Below are positions 29,430 to 44,945 of a stretch of DNA of 64,000 bases, piece after piece. A program made the position numbers and the translations under genes. Source of the stretch: the human T2T-CHM13v2.0 reference genome, Homo sapiens; assembly GCF_009914755.1 (NCBI RefSeq), contig NC_060933.1, one strand, 5' to 3'. Position 1 is the first letter of the stretch, and each line of letters starts with the position of its first letter. The notes below the pieces were generated by a model. That model saw only the letters and a list, made by a program, of their open reading frames with translations. It searched no databases and was not told where the DNA came from.

Positions 29430-32400
29430 ACAACCCGAATGGAATGGAATGTAATGGAGTGTAAGGGAATTGAATACAATCAATCCGAATGTAATGGAAT
29501 GGAATGGAACGGAATGGAATGGAATGGAATGGAATGGAATGGAATGGAAGGGAATGGATTCAACCCGAATGGAATGGAAAGGAATGGAATAAACCCGAGT
29601 GGAATGGCATGGAATGGAGTGGTATGGAATGGAATGGAATGGAATGGAATGGAATGGAATGGAATAGAATTAACCCTAATAGAATGGAATGGAATGGAAT
29701 GGAATGGAATGGAATGGAATGGAAGGGAATGGAATGGAATGGAATGGAATGGAATTAACACGAATAGAATGGAATGGAATGGAATGGAATGGAATGGAAT
29801 GGAATCAACTCGATTTCAATGGAATGGAATGGAATGGAATGGAATGGAATGGAAGGGAATGGAATGAAATTAACTCGAATAGAATGGAATGGAATGGAAT
29901 GGAATGGACTGGAATGGAATGGAATGGAATAGAATGGAATCCAACCGAGGGCAGTGGAATAGAATGGAATGCAATGCAATGGAATGGAATCATACGGAAT
30001 GGAATGGAATGGAATGGAATGAAATGGAATGGAATGCAATGGAATGGAATGGAATTAACCCGATTGCAATGGAATGGAGTGGAATGGAATGGAATGGAAT
30101 GGAAACAACCCGAATGGAATGGAATGTCATAGAGAGTAAGGGAATTGAATAGAATCAATACGAATGTAATGGAATGGAATGGAACGGAATGGAATGCAAT
30201 GGAATGGAATGGAATGCAATGGAATGGGATCAACCCGAGTGAAATGGAATGGAATCGAAAGGAATGGAATGGAATGGAATGGTTTCAACCCGAATGGAAT
30301 GGAAAGGAATGGAAGCAGCCCGAGTGGAATGGAATGGAATGGAATGGAATGGAATGGAATGGAATGGAATGGGTTCAACTCGAATGGAATGGAAAAGAAT
30401 GGAATCAACCCGAGTGGAATGGCATGGAATGGAATGGAATGGAATGGAATGGTAGGGAATAGAATGGAATGGAACGAAATGGAATGGAATGGAATGGAAT
30501 GGAATGGAATGGAATGGAATCAACCTGAGTGCAATGGAATGGAGTGGAAGGGAATGTAATGGAACGGAAACAACACGAATGGAATGGAATGTAATGGAGT
30601 GTAAGGGAATTGAATACAATCAATCCGAATGTAATGGAATGGAATGGAACGGAATGGAATGGAATGCAATGGAATGGAATGGAATGGAATGGAATGGAAT
30701 GGAATGAAATGGAATGGCAGGGAATGGAATGGAATCAACCCGAGTGCAATGGAATGGAATGGAATGGAATGGAATGGAATGGAATGGAATGGATTCAACC
30801 CGAATGGAATGGAAAGGAATGGAATAAACCCGAGTGGAATGGCATGGAATGGAATGGAATGGAATGGAATGGTACGGAATAGAATGGAATGGAACGAAAT
30901 GGAATGGAATGGAATGGAATGGAATGGAATGGAATGGAATCAACCTGAGTGCAATGGAATGGAATGGAATGGAATGGAATGGAATGGAAACAACCCGAAT
31001 GGAATGGAATGTAATGGAGTGTAAGGAATTTAATACAATCAATCCGAATGTAATGGAATGGAATGGAACGGAATGGAATGGAATGGAATGCAGTGGAATG
31101 GAATCAAACCTAGTGCAATGGAATGGAATGGAATGGAATGGAATGGAATGGATTGGATTCAACCCAAATGGAATGGAAAGCAATAGAATCAACCCGAGTG
31201 GAATGGCATGGAATGGAATGGAATGGAATGGAATGGAATGGAATGGTACGGAATAGAATGGAATGGAACGAAATGGAATGGAATGGAATGGAATGGAACG
31301 GAATGGAATGGAATCAACTCGATTGCAATGGAATGTAATGGAATGGAATGGAATTAACGCGAATAGAATGGAATGGAATGGAATGGAACGGAATGGAATG
31401 GAATGGGATGGAATGGAATCAATCTGAGTGCAGGGGAATGGAATGGAATGGAATGCAATGGAATGGAATGTAATGGAATGGAATGGAATGCAATGGAATG
31501 GAATGGAATGGAATGGAATGCAATGGAATCAACTCGATTGCAATGGGATGGAATGGAATGGAATGGAATGGAATGGAAGGGAATGGAATGGAATGGAATT
31601 AACCTGAACAGAATGGAATGGAATGGAATGGAACGGAATGGAATGGAATGGAATGGAATGGAATCAACCCGATTGCAATGGAATGGAGTGGAATGGAATG
31701 GAATGGAATGGAAACAACCCGAATGGAATGGAATGTAATGGAGTGTAGGGGAATTGAATAGAATCAATACGAATGTAATGGAATGGAATGGAACGGAATG
31801 GAATGCAATGGAATGGAATGCAATGCAATGGAATGGGATCAACCCGAGTGTAATGGAATGGAATCGAAAGGAATGGAATGGAATGGAATGGTTTCAACAC
31901 GAATGGAATGGAAAGGAATGGAATCATCCCGAGTGGAATGGAATGGAATGGAATGGAATGGAATGGAATGGAATGGAATGGAATGAACCCGTGTGCAATG
32001 GAATGGAATCGAATGGAATGGAATGGAATGGAATGGATTCAAGTCGAATGGAATGGAAAGGAATGGAATCAACCCGAATGGAATGGCATGGAATGGAATG
32101 GAATGAAATGGAATGGAATGGAATGGAATGGTACGGAATAGAACGGAAAGAAACGAAATGGAATGGAATGGAATGGAATGGAAAGGAATCTAATGGAATC
32201 AACCCAAGTGCAGGGGAATGGAATGGAATGGAAGGCAATGGAATGCAATCATCCGGAATTGAATGGAATGGAATGGAATGGAATGGAATCAACTCGATTG
32301 CAATGGAATGTAATGGAATGGAATGGAAGGGAATTAACCCTAATAGAATGGAATGGAATGGAATGGAATGGAAGGGAATGGAATGGAATGGAATGGAATG

Positions 32401-35400
32401 GAATGGAATTAACCGGAATAGAATGCAATGGAATGGAATGGAATGGAATGGAATGGAATGGAATGAAATGGAATCAACTCGATTTCAATGGAATGGAATG
32501 GAATGCAATGGAATGGAATGGAATGGAATGGAATGAAATTAACCCGAATAGAATGGAATGGAATGGAATGGAATGGAATGGAATGGAATGGAATAGAGTG
32601 GAATGGAATGGAATGGAATAGAATGGAATCCACCCGAGTGCAGGGGAATGGAATGGAATGGAATGCAATGGAATGGAATCATACGGAATGGAATGGAATG
32701 GAATGGAATGGAATCAACCCGATTGCAATGGAATGGAGTGGAATGGAATGGAATGGAATGGAAACAACCCGAATGGAATGGAATGGAATGGAGTGTAAGG
32801 GAAGTGAATAGAATCAATACGAATGTAATGGAATGGAATGGAACGGAATGGAATGCAATGGAATGGAATGGAATCCAATGGAATGGGTTCAACCCGAGTG
32901 CAATGGAATGGAATCGAAAGTAATGGAATGGAATGGAATGGATTCAACACGAATGGAATGGAAAGGAATGGAATCAACCCGAGTGGAATGGAATTTAATG
33001 GAATGGAATGGAATGGAATGCAGTGAAATGGAATCTAACCTAGTGCAATGGAATGGAATGGAATGGAATGGAATGGAATGGATTAGATTCAACCCAAATG
33101 GAATGGAAAGCAATGGAATCAACCCGAGTGGAATGGCATGGAATGGAATGGAATGGAATGGAATGGAATGGAATGGAATGGAAAGGTACGGAATAGAATG
33201 GAATGGAACGAAATGGAATGGAATGGAATGGAATGGAATGGAATGGAATGGAATGGAATAGAATGGAATCCACCCGATTGCAGGGGAATGGAATGGAATG
33301 GAATGCAATGGAATGGAATGGAATGGATTCAACCCGAATGGAATGGAAAGGAAAGGAATAAACCCGAGTGAAATGGCATGGAAGGGAATGGAATGGAATG
33401 CAATGGTACGGAGTAGAATGGAATGGAACGAAATGGAATGGAATGGAATGGAATGGAATGGAATTGGATGGAATGAACCCGTGAGCAATGGAATGGAATG
33501 GAATGGAATGGAATGGAATGGAATGGAATGGAATGGAATGGGTTCAACTCGAACGGAATGGAAAGGAATGGAATCAACCCGAGTGGAATGGCATGGAATG
33601 GAATGGAATGGAATGGAATGGAATGGAATGGAATGGAATGGAATGGATTCAACCCGAATGGAATGGATTCAACCCGAATGGAATGGAAAGGAATGGAATA
33701 AACCCGAGTGGAATGGCATGGAATGGAGTGGAATGGAATGGAATGGAAGGGAATGGTACGGAATAGAATGGAATGGAACGAAATGGAATGGAATGGAATG
33801 GAATGGAATGGAATGGAATGGAATGAACACGTGTGCAATTGAATGGAATCGAATGGAATGGAATGCAATGGAATGGATTCAACTAGAATGGAATGGAAAG
33901 GAATGGAATCAACCCGAGTGGAATGGCATGGCATGGAATGGAATGGAATGGAATGGAAAGGTACGGAATAGAATGGAATGGAACGAAATGGAATGGAATG
34001 GAATGGAATGAATGGAATGGAATGGAATAGAATGGAATCCACCCGATTGCAGGGGAATGGAATGGAATGGAATGCAATGGAATGGAATGGAATGGATTCA
34101 ACCCGAATGGAATGGAAAGGAATGGAATCAACCCGAGTGGAATGGCATGGAATGGAATGGAATGGAATGGAATGGTACGGAATAGAATGGAATGGAACGA
34201 AATGGAATGGAATGGAATGGAATGGAATGGAATGGAATGGAATGGAATCAACCTGAGTGCAATGGAATGGAGTGGAATGGAATGTAATGGAATGGAAACA
34301 ACCCGAATGGAATGGAATGTAATGGAGTGTAAGGGAATTGAATACAATCAATCCGAATGTAATGGAATGGAATGGAACGGAATGGAATGGAATGGAATGG
34401 AATGGAATGGAATGGAATGGAATGAAATGGAATGGCAGGGAATGGAATGGAATCAACCCGAGTGCAAAGGAATGGAATGGAATGGAATAGAATGGAATGG
34501 AATGGAATGGATTCAACCCGAATGGAATGGAAAGGAATGTAATAAACCTGAGTGGAATGGCACGGAATGGAATGGAATGAAATGGAATGGAATGCAATGG
34601 AATGGAATGGAATTAACCCGATTGCAATGGAATGGAGTGGAATGGAATGGAATGGAATGGAAACAACCCGAATGGAATGGAATGTAATAGAGAGTAAGGG
34701 AATTGAATAGAATCAATACGAATGTAATGGAATGGAATGGAACGGAATGGAATGCAATGGAATGGAATGGAATGCAATGGAATGGGATCAACCCGAGTGA
34801 AATGGAATGGAATCGAAAGGAATGGAATGGAATGGAATGGTTTCAACCCGAATGGAATGGAAAGGAATGGAAGCAACCCGAGTGGAATGGAATGGAATGG
34901 AATGGAATGGAATGGAATGGAATGGAATGGGTTCAACTCGAATGGAATGGAAAAGAATGGAATCAACCCGAGTGGAATGGCATGGAATGGAATGGAATGG
35001 AATGGAATGGTAGGGAATAGAATGGAATGGAACGAAATGGAATGGAATGGAATGGAATGGAATGGAATGGAATGGAATCAACCTGAGTGCAATGGAATGG
35101 AGTGGAAGGGAATGTAATGGAACGGAAACAACACGAATGGAATGGAATGTAATGGAGTGTAAGGGAATTGAATACAATCAATCCGAATGTAATGGAATGG
35201 AATGGAACGGAATGGAATGGAATGCAATGGAATGGAATGGAATGGAATGGAATGGAATGGAATGAAATGGAATGGCAGGGAATGGAATGGAATCAACCCG
35301 AGTGCAATGGAATGGAATGGAATGGAATGGAATGGAATGGAATGGAATGGATTCAACCCGAATGGAATGGAAAGGAATGGAATAAACCCGAGTGGAATGG

Positions 35401-38400
35401 CATGGAATGGAATGGAATGGAATGGAATGGTACGGAATAGAATGGAATGGAACGAAATGGAATGGAATGGAACGGAATGGAATGGAATGGAATGGAATCA
35501 ACCTGAGTGCAATGGAATGGAATGGAATGGAATGGAATGGAATGGAAACAACCCGAATGGAATGGAATGTAATGGAGTGTAAGGAATTGAATACAATCAA
35601 TCCGAATGTAATGGAATGGAATGGAACGGAATGGAATGGAATGGAATGCAGTGGAATGGAATCAAACCTAGTGCAATGGAATGGAATGGAATGGAATGGA
35701 ATGGAATGGATTGGATTCAACCCAAATGGAATGGAAAGCAATAGAATCAACCCGAGTGGAATGGCATGGAATGGAATGGAATGGAATGGAATGGAATGGA
35801 ATGGTACGGAATAGAATGGAATGGAACGAAATGGAATGGAATGGAATGGAATGGAACGGAATGGAATGGAATCAACTCGATTGCAATGGAATGTAATGGA
35901 ATGGAATGGAATTAACGCGAATAGAATGGAATGGAATGGAATGGAACGGAATGGAATGGAATGGGATGGAATGGAATCAATCTGAGTGCAGGGGAATGGA
36001 ATGGAATGGAATGCAATGGAATGGAATGTAATGGAATGGAATGCAATGGAATGGAATGGAATGGAATGGAATGCAATGGAATCAACTCGATTGCAATGGG
36101 ATGGAATGGAATGGAATGGAATGGAATGGAAGGGAATGGAATGGAATGGAATTAACCTGAACAGAATGGAATGGAATGGAATGGAACGGTATGGAATGGA
36201 ATGGAATGGAATGGAATCAACCCGATTGCAATGGAATGGAGTGGAATGGAATGGAATGGAATGGAAACAACCCGAATGGAATGGAATGTAATGGAGTGTA
36301 AGGGAATTGAATAGAATCAATACGAATGTAATGGAATGGAATGGAACGGAATGGAATGCAATGGAATGGAATGCAATGCAATGGAATGGGATCAACCCGA
36401 GTGTAATGGAATGGAATCGAAAGGAATGGAATGGAATGGAATGGTTTCAACACGAATGGAATGGAAAGGAATGGAATCATCCCGAGTGGAATGGAATGGA
36501 ATGGAATGGAATGGAATGGAATGGAATGGAATGGAATGAACCCGTGTGCAATGGAATGGAATCGAATGGAATGGAATGGAATGGAATGGATTCAAGTCGA
36601 ATGGAATGGAAAGGAATGGAATCAACCCGAATGGAATGGCATGGAATGGAATGGAATGAAATGGAATGGAATGGAATGGAATGGTACGGAATAGAACGGA
36701 AAGAAACGAAATGGAATGGAATGGAATGGAATGGAAAGGAATCTAATGGAATCAACCCAAGTGCAGGGGAATGGAATGGAATGGAAGGCAATGGAATGCA
36801 ATCATCCGGAATTGAATGGAATGGAATGGAATGGAATGGAATCAACTCGATTGCAATGGAATGTAATGGAATGGAATGGAAGGGAATTAACCCTAATAGA
36901 ATGGAATGGAATGGAATGGAATGGAAGGGAATGGAATGGAATGGAATGGAATGGAATGGAATTAACCGGAATAGAATGCAATGGAATGGAATGGAATGGA
37001 ATGGAATGGAATGGAATGGAATGAAATGGAATCAACTCGATTTCAATGGAATGGAATGGAATGCAATGGAATGGAATGGAATGGAATGGAATGAAATTAA
37101 CCCGAATAGAATGGAATGGAATGGAATGGAATGGAATGGAATGGAATGGAATAGAGTGGAATGGAATGGAATGGAATAGAATGGAATCCACCCGAGTGCA
37201 GGGGAATGGAATGGAATGGAATGCAATGGAATGGAATCATACGGAATGGAATGGAATGGAATGGAATGGAATCAACCCGATTGCAATGGAATGGAGTGGA
37301 ATGGAATGGAATGGAATGGAAACAACCCGAATGGAATGGAATGGAATGGAGTGTAAGGGAAGTGAATAGAATCAATACGAATGTAATGGAATGGAATGGA
37401 ACGGAATGGAATGCAATGGAATGGAATGGAATCCAATGGAATGGGTTCAACCCGAGTGCAATGGAATGGAATCGAAAGTAATTGAATGGAATGGAATGGA
37501 TTCAACACGAATGGAATGGAAAGGAATGGAATCAACCCGAGTGGAATGGAATTTAATGGAATGGAATGGAATGGAATGCAGTGAAATGGAATCTAACCTA
37601 GTGCAATGGAATGGAATGGAATGGAATGGAATGGAATGGATTAGATTCAACCCAAATGGAATGGAAAGCAATGGAATCAACCCGAGTGGAATGGCATGGA
37701 ATGGAATGGAATGGAATGGAATGGAATGGAATGGAATGGAAAGGTACGGAATAGAATGGAATGGAACGAAATGGAATGGAATGGAATGGAATGGAATGGA
37801 ATGGAATGGAATAGAATGGAATCCACCCGATTGCAGGGGAATGGAATGGAATGGAATGCAATGGAATGGAATGGAATGGATTCAACCCGAATGGAATGGA
37901 AAGGAAAGGAATAAACCCGAGTGAAATGGCATGGAAGGGAATGGAATGGAATGCAATGGTACGGAGTAGAATGGAATGGAACGAAATGGAATGGAATGGA
38001 ATGGAATGGAATGGAATTGGATGGAATGAACCCGTGAGCAATGGAATGGAATGGAATGGAATGGAATGGAATGGAATGGAATGGGTTCAACTCGAACGGA
38101 ATGGAAAGGAATGGAATCAACCCGAGTGGAATGGCATGGAATGGAATGGAATGGAATGGAATGGAATGGAATGGAATGGAATGGATTCAACCCGAATGGA
38201 ATGGATTCAACCCGAATGGAATGGAAAGGAATGGAATAAACCCGAGTGGAATGGCATGGAATGGAGTGGAATGGAATGGAATGGAAGGGAATGGTACGGA
38301 ATAGAATGGAATGGAACGAAATGGAATGGAATGGAATGGAATGGAATGGAATGGAATGGAATGAACACGTGTGCAATTGAATGGAATCGAATGGAATGGA

Positions 38401-41400
38401 ATGCAATGGAATGGATTCAACTAGAATGGAATGGAAAGGAATGGAATCAACCCGAGTGGAATGGCATGGCATGGAATGGAATGGAATGGAATGGAAAGGT
38501 ACGGAATAGAATGGAATGGAACGAAATGGAATGGAATGGAATGGAATGAATGGAATGGAATGGAATAGAATGGAATCCACCCGATTGCAGGGGAATGGAA
38601 TGGAATGGAATGCAATGGAATGGAATGGAATGGATTCAACCCGAATGGAATGGAAAGGAATGGAATCAACCCGAGTGGAATGGCATGGAATGGAATGGAA
38701 TGGAATGGAATGGTACGGAATAGAATGGAATGGAACGAAATGGAATGGAATGGAATGGAATGGAATGGAATGGAATGGAATGGAATGGAATCAACCTGAG
38801 TGCAATGGAATGGAGTGGAATGGAATGTAATGGAATGGAAACAACCCGAATGGAATGGAATGTAATGGAGTGTAAGGGAATTGAATACAATCAATCCGAA
38901 TGTAATGGAATGGAATGGAACGGAATGGAATGGAATGGAATGGAATGGAATGGAATGGAATGGAATGAAATGGAATGGCAGGGAATGGAATGGAATCAAC
39001 CCGAGTGCAAAGGAATGGAATGGAATGGAATAGAATGGAATGGAATGGAATGGATTCAACCCGAATGGAATGGAAAGGAATGTAATAAACCTGAGTGGAA
39101 TGGCACGGAATGGAATGGAATGGAATGGAATGGTACGGAATAGAATGGAATGGAACGAAATGGAATGGAATGGAATGGAATGGAATGGAATGGAATCAAC
39201 CTGAGTGCAACGGAATGGAGTGGAATGGAATGTAATGGAATGGAAACAACCCGAATGGAATGGAATGTAATGGAGTGTAAGGGAATTGAATACAATCAAT
39301 CCGAATGTAATGGAATGGAATGGAACGGAATGGAATGGAATGGAATGGAATGAAATGTAATGGAATGGAATGGAATGGAATCAACCCGAGTGCAATGGAA
39401 TGGAATGGAATGGAATGGAATGGAATGGAATGGATTGGATTCAACCCAAATGGAATGGAAAGCAATGGAATCAACCCGAGTGGAATGGCATGGAATGGAA
39501 TGGAATGGAATGGAATGGAATGGAATGGAATGGTACAGAATAAAATGGAATGGAACGAAATGGAATGGAATGGAATGGAATGGAACGGAATGGAATGGAA
39601 TCAACTCGATTGCAATGGAATGTAATGGAATGGAATGGAATGGAATTAACGCGAATAGAATGGAATGGAATGGAATGGAACGGAATGGAATGGAATGGGA
39701 TGGAATGGAATCAATCTGAGTGCAGGAGAATGGAATGGAATGGAATGCAATGGAATGGAATGGAATGGAATGCAATGGAATCAACTAGATTGCAATGGGA
39801 TGGAATGGAATGGAATGGAATGGAAGGGAATGGAATGGAATGGAATTAACCTGAACAGAATGGAATGGAATGGAATGGAACGGAATTGAATGGAATGGAA
39901 TGGAATGGAATGGAATGCAATGCAATGGGATCAACCCGAGTGCAGGGGAATGGAATGGAATGGAATGCAATGGAATGGAATCAATCAACCCGAGTGCAAT
40001 AGAATGCAGTGGAATGGAATGGAATGGAATGGAATGTACCCGAATGGAAAGGAATGTAATGGAGTGTAAGGGAATTAAAAAGAATCAATCCGAATGTAAT
40101 GGAATGGAATGGAACGGAATGGAATGGAATGGAATGGAATGGAATGGAATGGAATGAAATAGAATGGCATGGAATGGAATGGAATCAACCCGAGTTCAAT
40201 GGATTGGAATCAAATGGAATGGAATGGAATGGAATGGATTCAACCCGAATGGAATGGAAATGAATGGAATAAACCCGAGTGAAATGGCATGGAAGGGAAT
40301 GGAACGGAATGGAATGGTAACGAATAGAATGGAATGGAACGAAATGGAATGGAATGGAATGGAATGGAATGGAATGGAATGGAATGGAATGAACCCGTGT
40401 GCAATGGAATGGAATGGAATGGAATGGAATGGAATGGGTTCAACCAGAATGGAATGGAAAGGAATGGAATCAACCCGAGTGGAATGGCATGGAATGGAAT
40501 GGAATGGAATGGAATGGAATGGAATGAAATGGAATGGAAGGGAATGGATTGAAATGGAATGGAATGGAATGGAATCAACCCGAGTGCAATGTAATGGAAT
40601 TGAATGGAATGGAATGGAATGGAATGGAATGAATTCAACCCGAATGGAATGGAAAGGAATGGAATAAACCCGAGTGGAATGGCATGGAATGGAGTGGAAT
40701 GGAATGGAATGGAATACTACGGAAGAGAATGGAATGGAACGAAATGGAATGGAATGGAATGGAATGGAATGGAACGGAATGGAATGGAATGGGTTCAACT
40801 CGAATGGAATGGAAAGGAATGGAATCAACCCGAGTGGAATGGCATGGAATGGAATGGAATGGAATGGAATGGAATTGAATGGAATGGAATGGAATGGTAT
40901 GGAATAGAATGGAATGGAACGAAATGAATGGAATGGAATGGAATGGAATGGAATGGAATGGAATGGAATCAACCCGAGTGCAGGGGAATGGAATGGAATG
41001 GAAGGCAATGGAAGGGAATCATCAGGAATTGAATGGAATGGAATGGAATGGAATGGAATGGAATGGAATGAACTCGATTGAAATGGTATGGAATAGAATG
41101 GAATGGAATGGAATGGAATGGAATGGAATGGAATGGAATGGAATGGAATTAACCCTAATAGAATGGAATGGAAAGGAATGGAATGGAATGGAATGGAATG
41201 GAATGGAATGGAATGGAATTAACCCGAATAGAATGGAATGGATTGGAATGGAATGGAATGGAATGGAATGGAATGGAATGGAATGGAAAGGAATCAACTC
41301 GATTTCAATGGAATGGAATGGAAAGGAATGGAATGGAATGAAAGGGAATGGAATGGAATGGAATGAAATTAACCCGAATAGAATGGAATGGATTGGAATG

Positions 41401-44400
41401 GAATGGAATGGAATGGAATGGAATGGAATGGAATAGAATGGAATCCACCCGAGTGCAGGGGAATGGAATGGAATGGAATGCAATGGAATGGAATCATACG
41501 GAAAGGAATGGAATGGAATGGAATGGAATGGATTCAACCCGAATGGAATGGAAAGGAATGGAATCAACCCGAGTGGAATGGCATGGAATGGAATGGAATG
41601 GAATGGAATGGAATGTTAAGGAATAGAAAGGAATGGAACGAAATGGAATGGAATGGAATGGAATGGAATGGAATGGAATGGAATGGAATCAACCTGACTG
41701 CAATGGAATGGAGTGGAATGGAATGTAATGGAATGGAAACAGCCCGAATGGAATGGAATGTAATGGAGTGTAAGGGAATTGAGTACAATCAGTACGAATG
41801 TAATGGAATGGAATTTAACGGAATGGAATGGAATGGAAAGGAATGGAATCAACACGAGTGCAGGGGAATGGAATGGAATGGAATGCAATGGAATGGAATC
41901 ATCCTGAATGGAATGGAATGCAATGGAATGGAATCAATCTACCCGAGTGCAATAGAATGCAGAGGAATGGAATGGAATGGAATGGAAACTACCCGAATGG
42001 AATGGAATGTAATGGAGTGTAAGGGAATTAAAAAGAATCAATCCGAATGTAATGGAATTGAACGGAAAGGAATGGAATGGAGTGGAACGGAATGGAATGG
42101 AATGGAATGAAATGGAATGGCATGGAATGGAATGGAATCAACCCGAGTTCAATGGAATGGAATGGAAAGGAATGGAATGGAATGGAATGGATTCAACCCG
42201 AGTGAAATGGCATGGAAGGGAATGGAATGGAATGGAATGGTAAGGAATAGAATGGAATGGAACGAAATGGAATGGAATGGAATGGAATGCAATGGAATGG
42301 AATGGAATGGAATGGAATGAACCCGTGTGCAATGGAATGGAATGGAATGGAATGGAATGGAATGGAATGGAATAGAATGGAATGGGTTCAACTGGAATGG
42401 AATGGAAAGGAATGGAATCAACCCGAGTGGAATGGCATGGAATGGAATGGAATGGAAGGGAATGGAATGGAATGGAATGAAATGGAATGGAAGGGAATGG
42501 AATGAAATGGAATTGAATGGAATGGAATCAACCCGAGTGCAATGGAATGGAATGGAATGGAATGGAATGGAATGGAATGGAATGAATTCAACCCGAATGG
42601 AATGGAAAGGAATGGAATAAACCCGAGTGGAATGGCATGGAATGGAGTGGAATGGAATGGAATGGAATGGTACGGAAGAGAATGGAATGGAACGAAATGG
42701 AATGAAATGGAATAGAATGGAATGGAATGGAATGGAATGGAATGAACCCGTGAGCAATGGAATGGAGTCGAATGGAATGGAATCGAATGGAATGGATTCA
42801 ACTCGAATGGAATGGAAAGTAATGGAATCAACCCGAGTGGAATGGCATGGAATGGAATGGAATGGAATGGAAAGGAATGGAATCAACCCGAGTGCAGAGG
42901 AATGGAATGGAATGGAAGGCAATGGATTGGAATGAAATGGAATGGCATGGAATGGAATGGAATGGAATGGAATGGAATTAAACCTAATAGAATGGAATGG
43001 AATGGAATAGAATGGAATGGAATGGAAGGGAACGGAATGGAATGGAATGGAATTAACCCGAATAGAATGGAATGGAATGGAATTGAATGGAATGGAATGG
43101 AATGGAATCAACTCGATTTCAATGGAATGGAATGGAATGGAATGGAATGGAATGGAATGGAATGGAATAGAATGGAATCCACCCGAGTTCAGGGGAATGG
43201 AATGGAATAGAATGCAATGGAATGGAATCATACGGAATGGAATGGAATGGAATGGAATTGAATGGAATGGAATGGAATGGAAACAACCCGAATGGAATGG
43301 AATGTGATGGATTGTAAGGGAATTGAATAGAATCAATCCGAATGTAATGGAATTGAATGGAATTGAATGGAACGGAATGGAATGGAATGGAATGGAATGG
43401 AATGGAATGGAATGCAAAGGAATGGGATCAACCCGATTGCAATGGAATGGAATCGAAAGGAATGGAATGGAATGGAAAGGCTTCACCCCGAATGGAATGG
43501 AAAGGAATGGAATCAACCCGAGTGGAATGGAATGGAATGGAATGGAATGGAATAGAATGGAATGGAATGCAATGGAATGGAACGGAATGGAATCAACCCG
43601 ATTGCAATGAAATTGAATGGAATGGAATGGAATGGAATGGAATTAACCCGAATAGAATGGAATGGAATGGAATGGAATGGTATGGAATGGAATGGAACGG
43701 AATGGAATGGAATGGAATTGAATGGAATCAACCCGGGTGCAGGGGAATGCAATTGAATGGAAGGCAATGGAATGCAATCATCCGGAATGGAATGGAATAG
43801 AATGGAATGGAATGGTTTCAACCCGAATGGAATGGAATGGAAAGGAATCAACCCGAGTGGAATGGCATGGAATGGAATGGAATGGAATGGAATGGAATGG
43901 AATGGAATGGTATGGAATAGAATGGAATGGAACGAAATGGAATGGAAGGGAATGGAATGGAATGGAATGGAATCAACCCGACTGCAATGGAATGGAGTGG
44001 AATGGAATGGAATGGAATGGAAACAACCCGAATGGAATGGAATGTAATGGAGTGTAAGGGAATTGAATACAATCAATTCGAATGGAATGGAATGGAATGG
44101 AACGGAATGGAATGGAATGGAATGGAATGGAATGGAATGGAATGGATTCAACCCAAATGGAATAGAAAGCAATGGAATCAACCAGAGTGGAATGGCATGG
44201 AACGGAATGGAATGGAATGGTATGGAATAGAATGGAATGGAAAGAAATGGAATGGAATGGAATGGAATGGAACGGAATGGAATGGAAAGGAATAGAATGT
44301 AATAGAATGGAATGGAACGAAATGGAATGGATCGGAATGGAATGGAATCAATCCCAGTGGAATAGAAGGGAATGCAATCGAGTAGAATGGAAAGGAATGG

Positions 44401-44945
44401 AATCAACCAGAGTGGAATGGAAGGGAATGGAATGGAATGGAAACTAATAAAATGGAATCAACACGAGTGGAATGGAATGGAAAGGACTTGAATGGAATGG
44501 AATGGAATGGAATGGAATCAACTCGATTGCAATGGAATGTAATGGAATGGAATTGAATGGAATTAATGCGAATAAAATGGATTGGAATGGAATGGAACGG
44601 AATGGAATGGAATGGAATGGAATGGAATCAAACTGAGTGAAGGGGAATGGAATGGAATGGAATGGAATAGAATGGAATGGAATGGAAGGGAATGGAATGG
44701 AATGGAATTAACCTGAACAGAATGGAATGGAATGGAATGGAACGGAATAGAATGGAATGGAATGGAATGGAATCCACCCGAGTTCAGGGGAATGGAATGG
44801 AATGGAATGCAATGGAATGGAATCAATCAACCCGAGTGCAATAGAATGCAGTGGAATGGAATGGAATGGAATGGAAAGTACCCGAATGGAATGGAATGTA
44901 ATGGAGTGTAAGGGAATTAAAAAGAATCAATACGAATGTAATTGA
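29411..44945 (-). repeat. HSat3 domain C' (inverted C)
   Basis: Reverse-complement C markers: GAACCCGTGTGCA, GGCATGG, AACCTGAACAG, CAATCTGAG, GGAATTAAAAAG, CCCAAATGGAATGGAAAGC. Confidence 0.75.
30000..39120. repeat. Head-to-tail tandem duplication, 2 x ~4.55 kb (junction ~34565-34580)
   Basis: Identical ORF translations recur at offsets of 4538-4558 (30145/34703, 31783/36336). Shared private variants: the 20-bp doubled GGATTCAACCCGAATGGAAT (33645/38183) and 1-bp deletions (~31025/35581, ~34008/38548). Confidence 0.92.

Noticed and set aside
29380-29440. Transposon or foreign insertion at the breakpoint
   Set aside because: Every base is accounted for by known left-arm or right-arm motifs. 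There is no target-site duplication, poly(A), Alu or L1 sequence here or anywhere else I read.
29035-29867. ORFs crossing the junction (IPFHS-to-MEWNG chimeras)
   Set aside because: These are a by-product of the strand switch, not a fusion gene.
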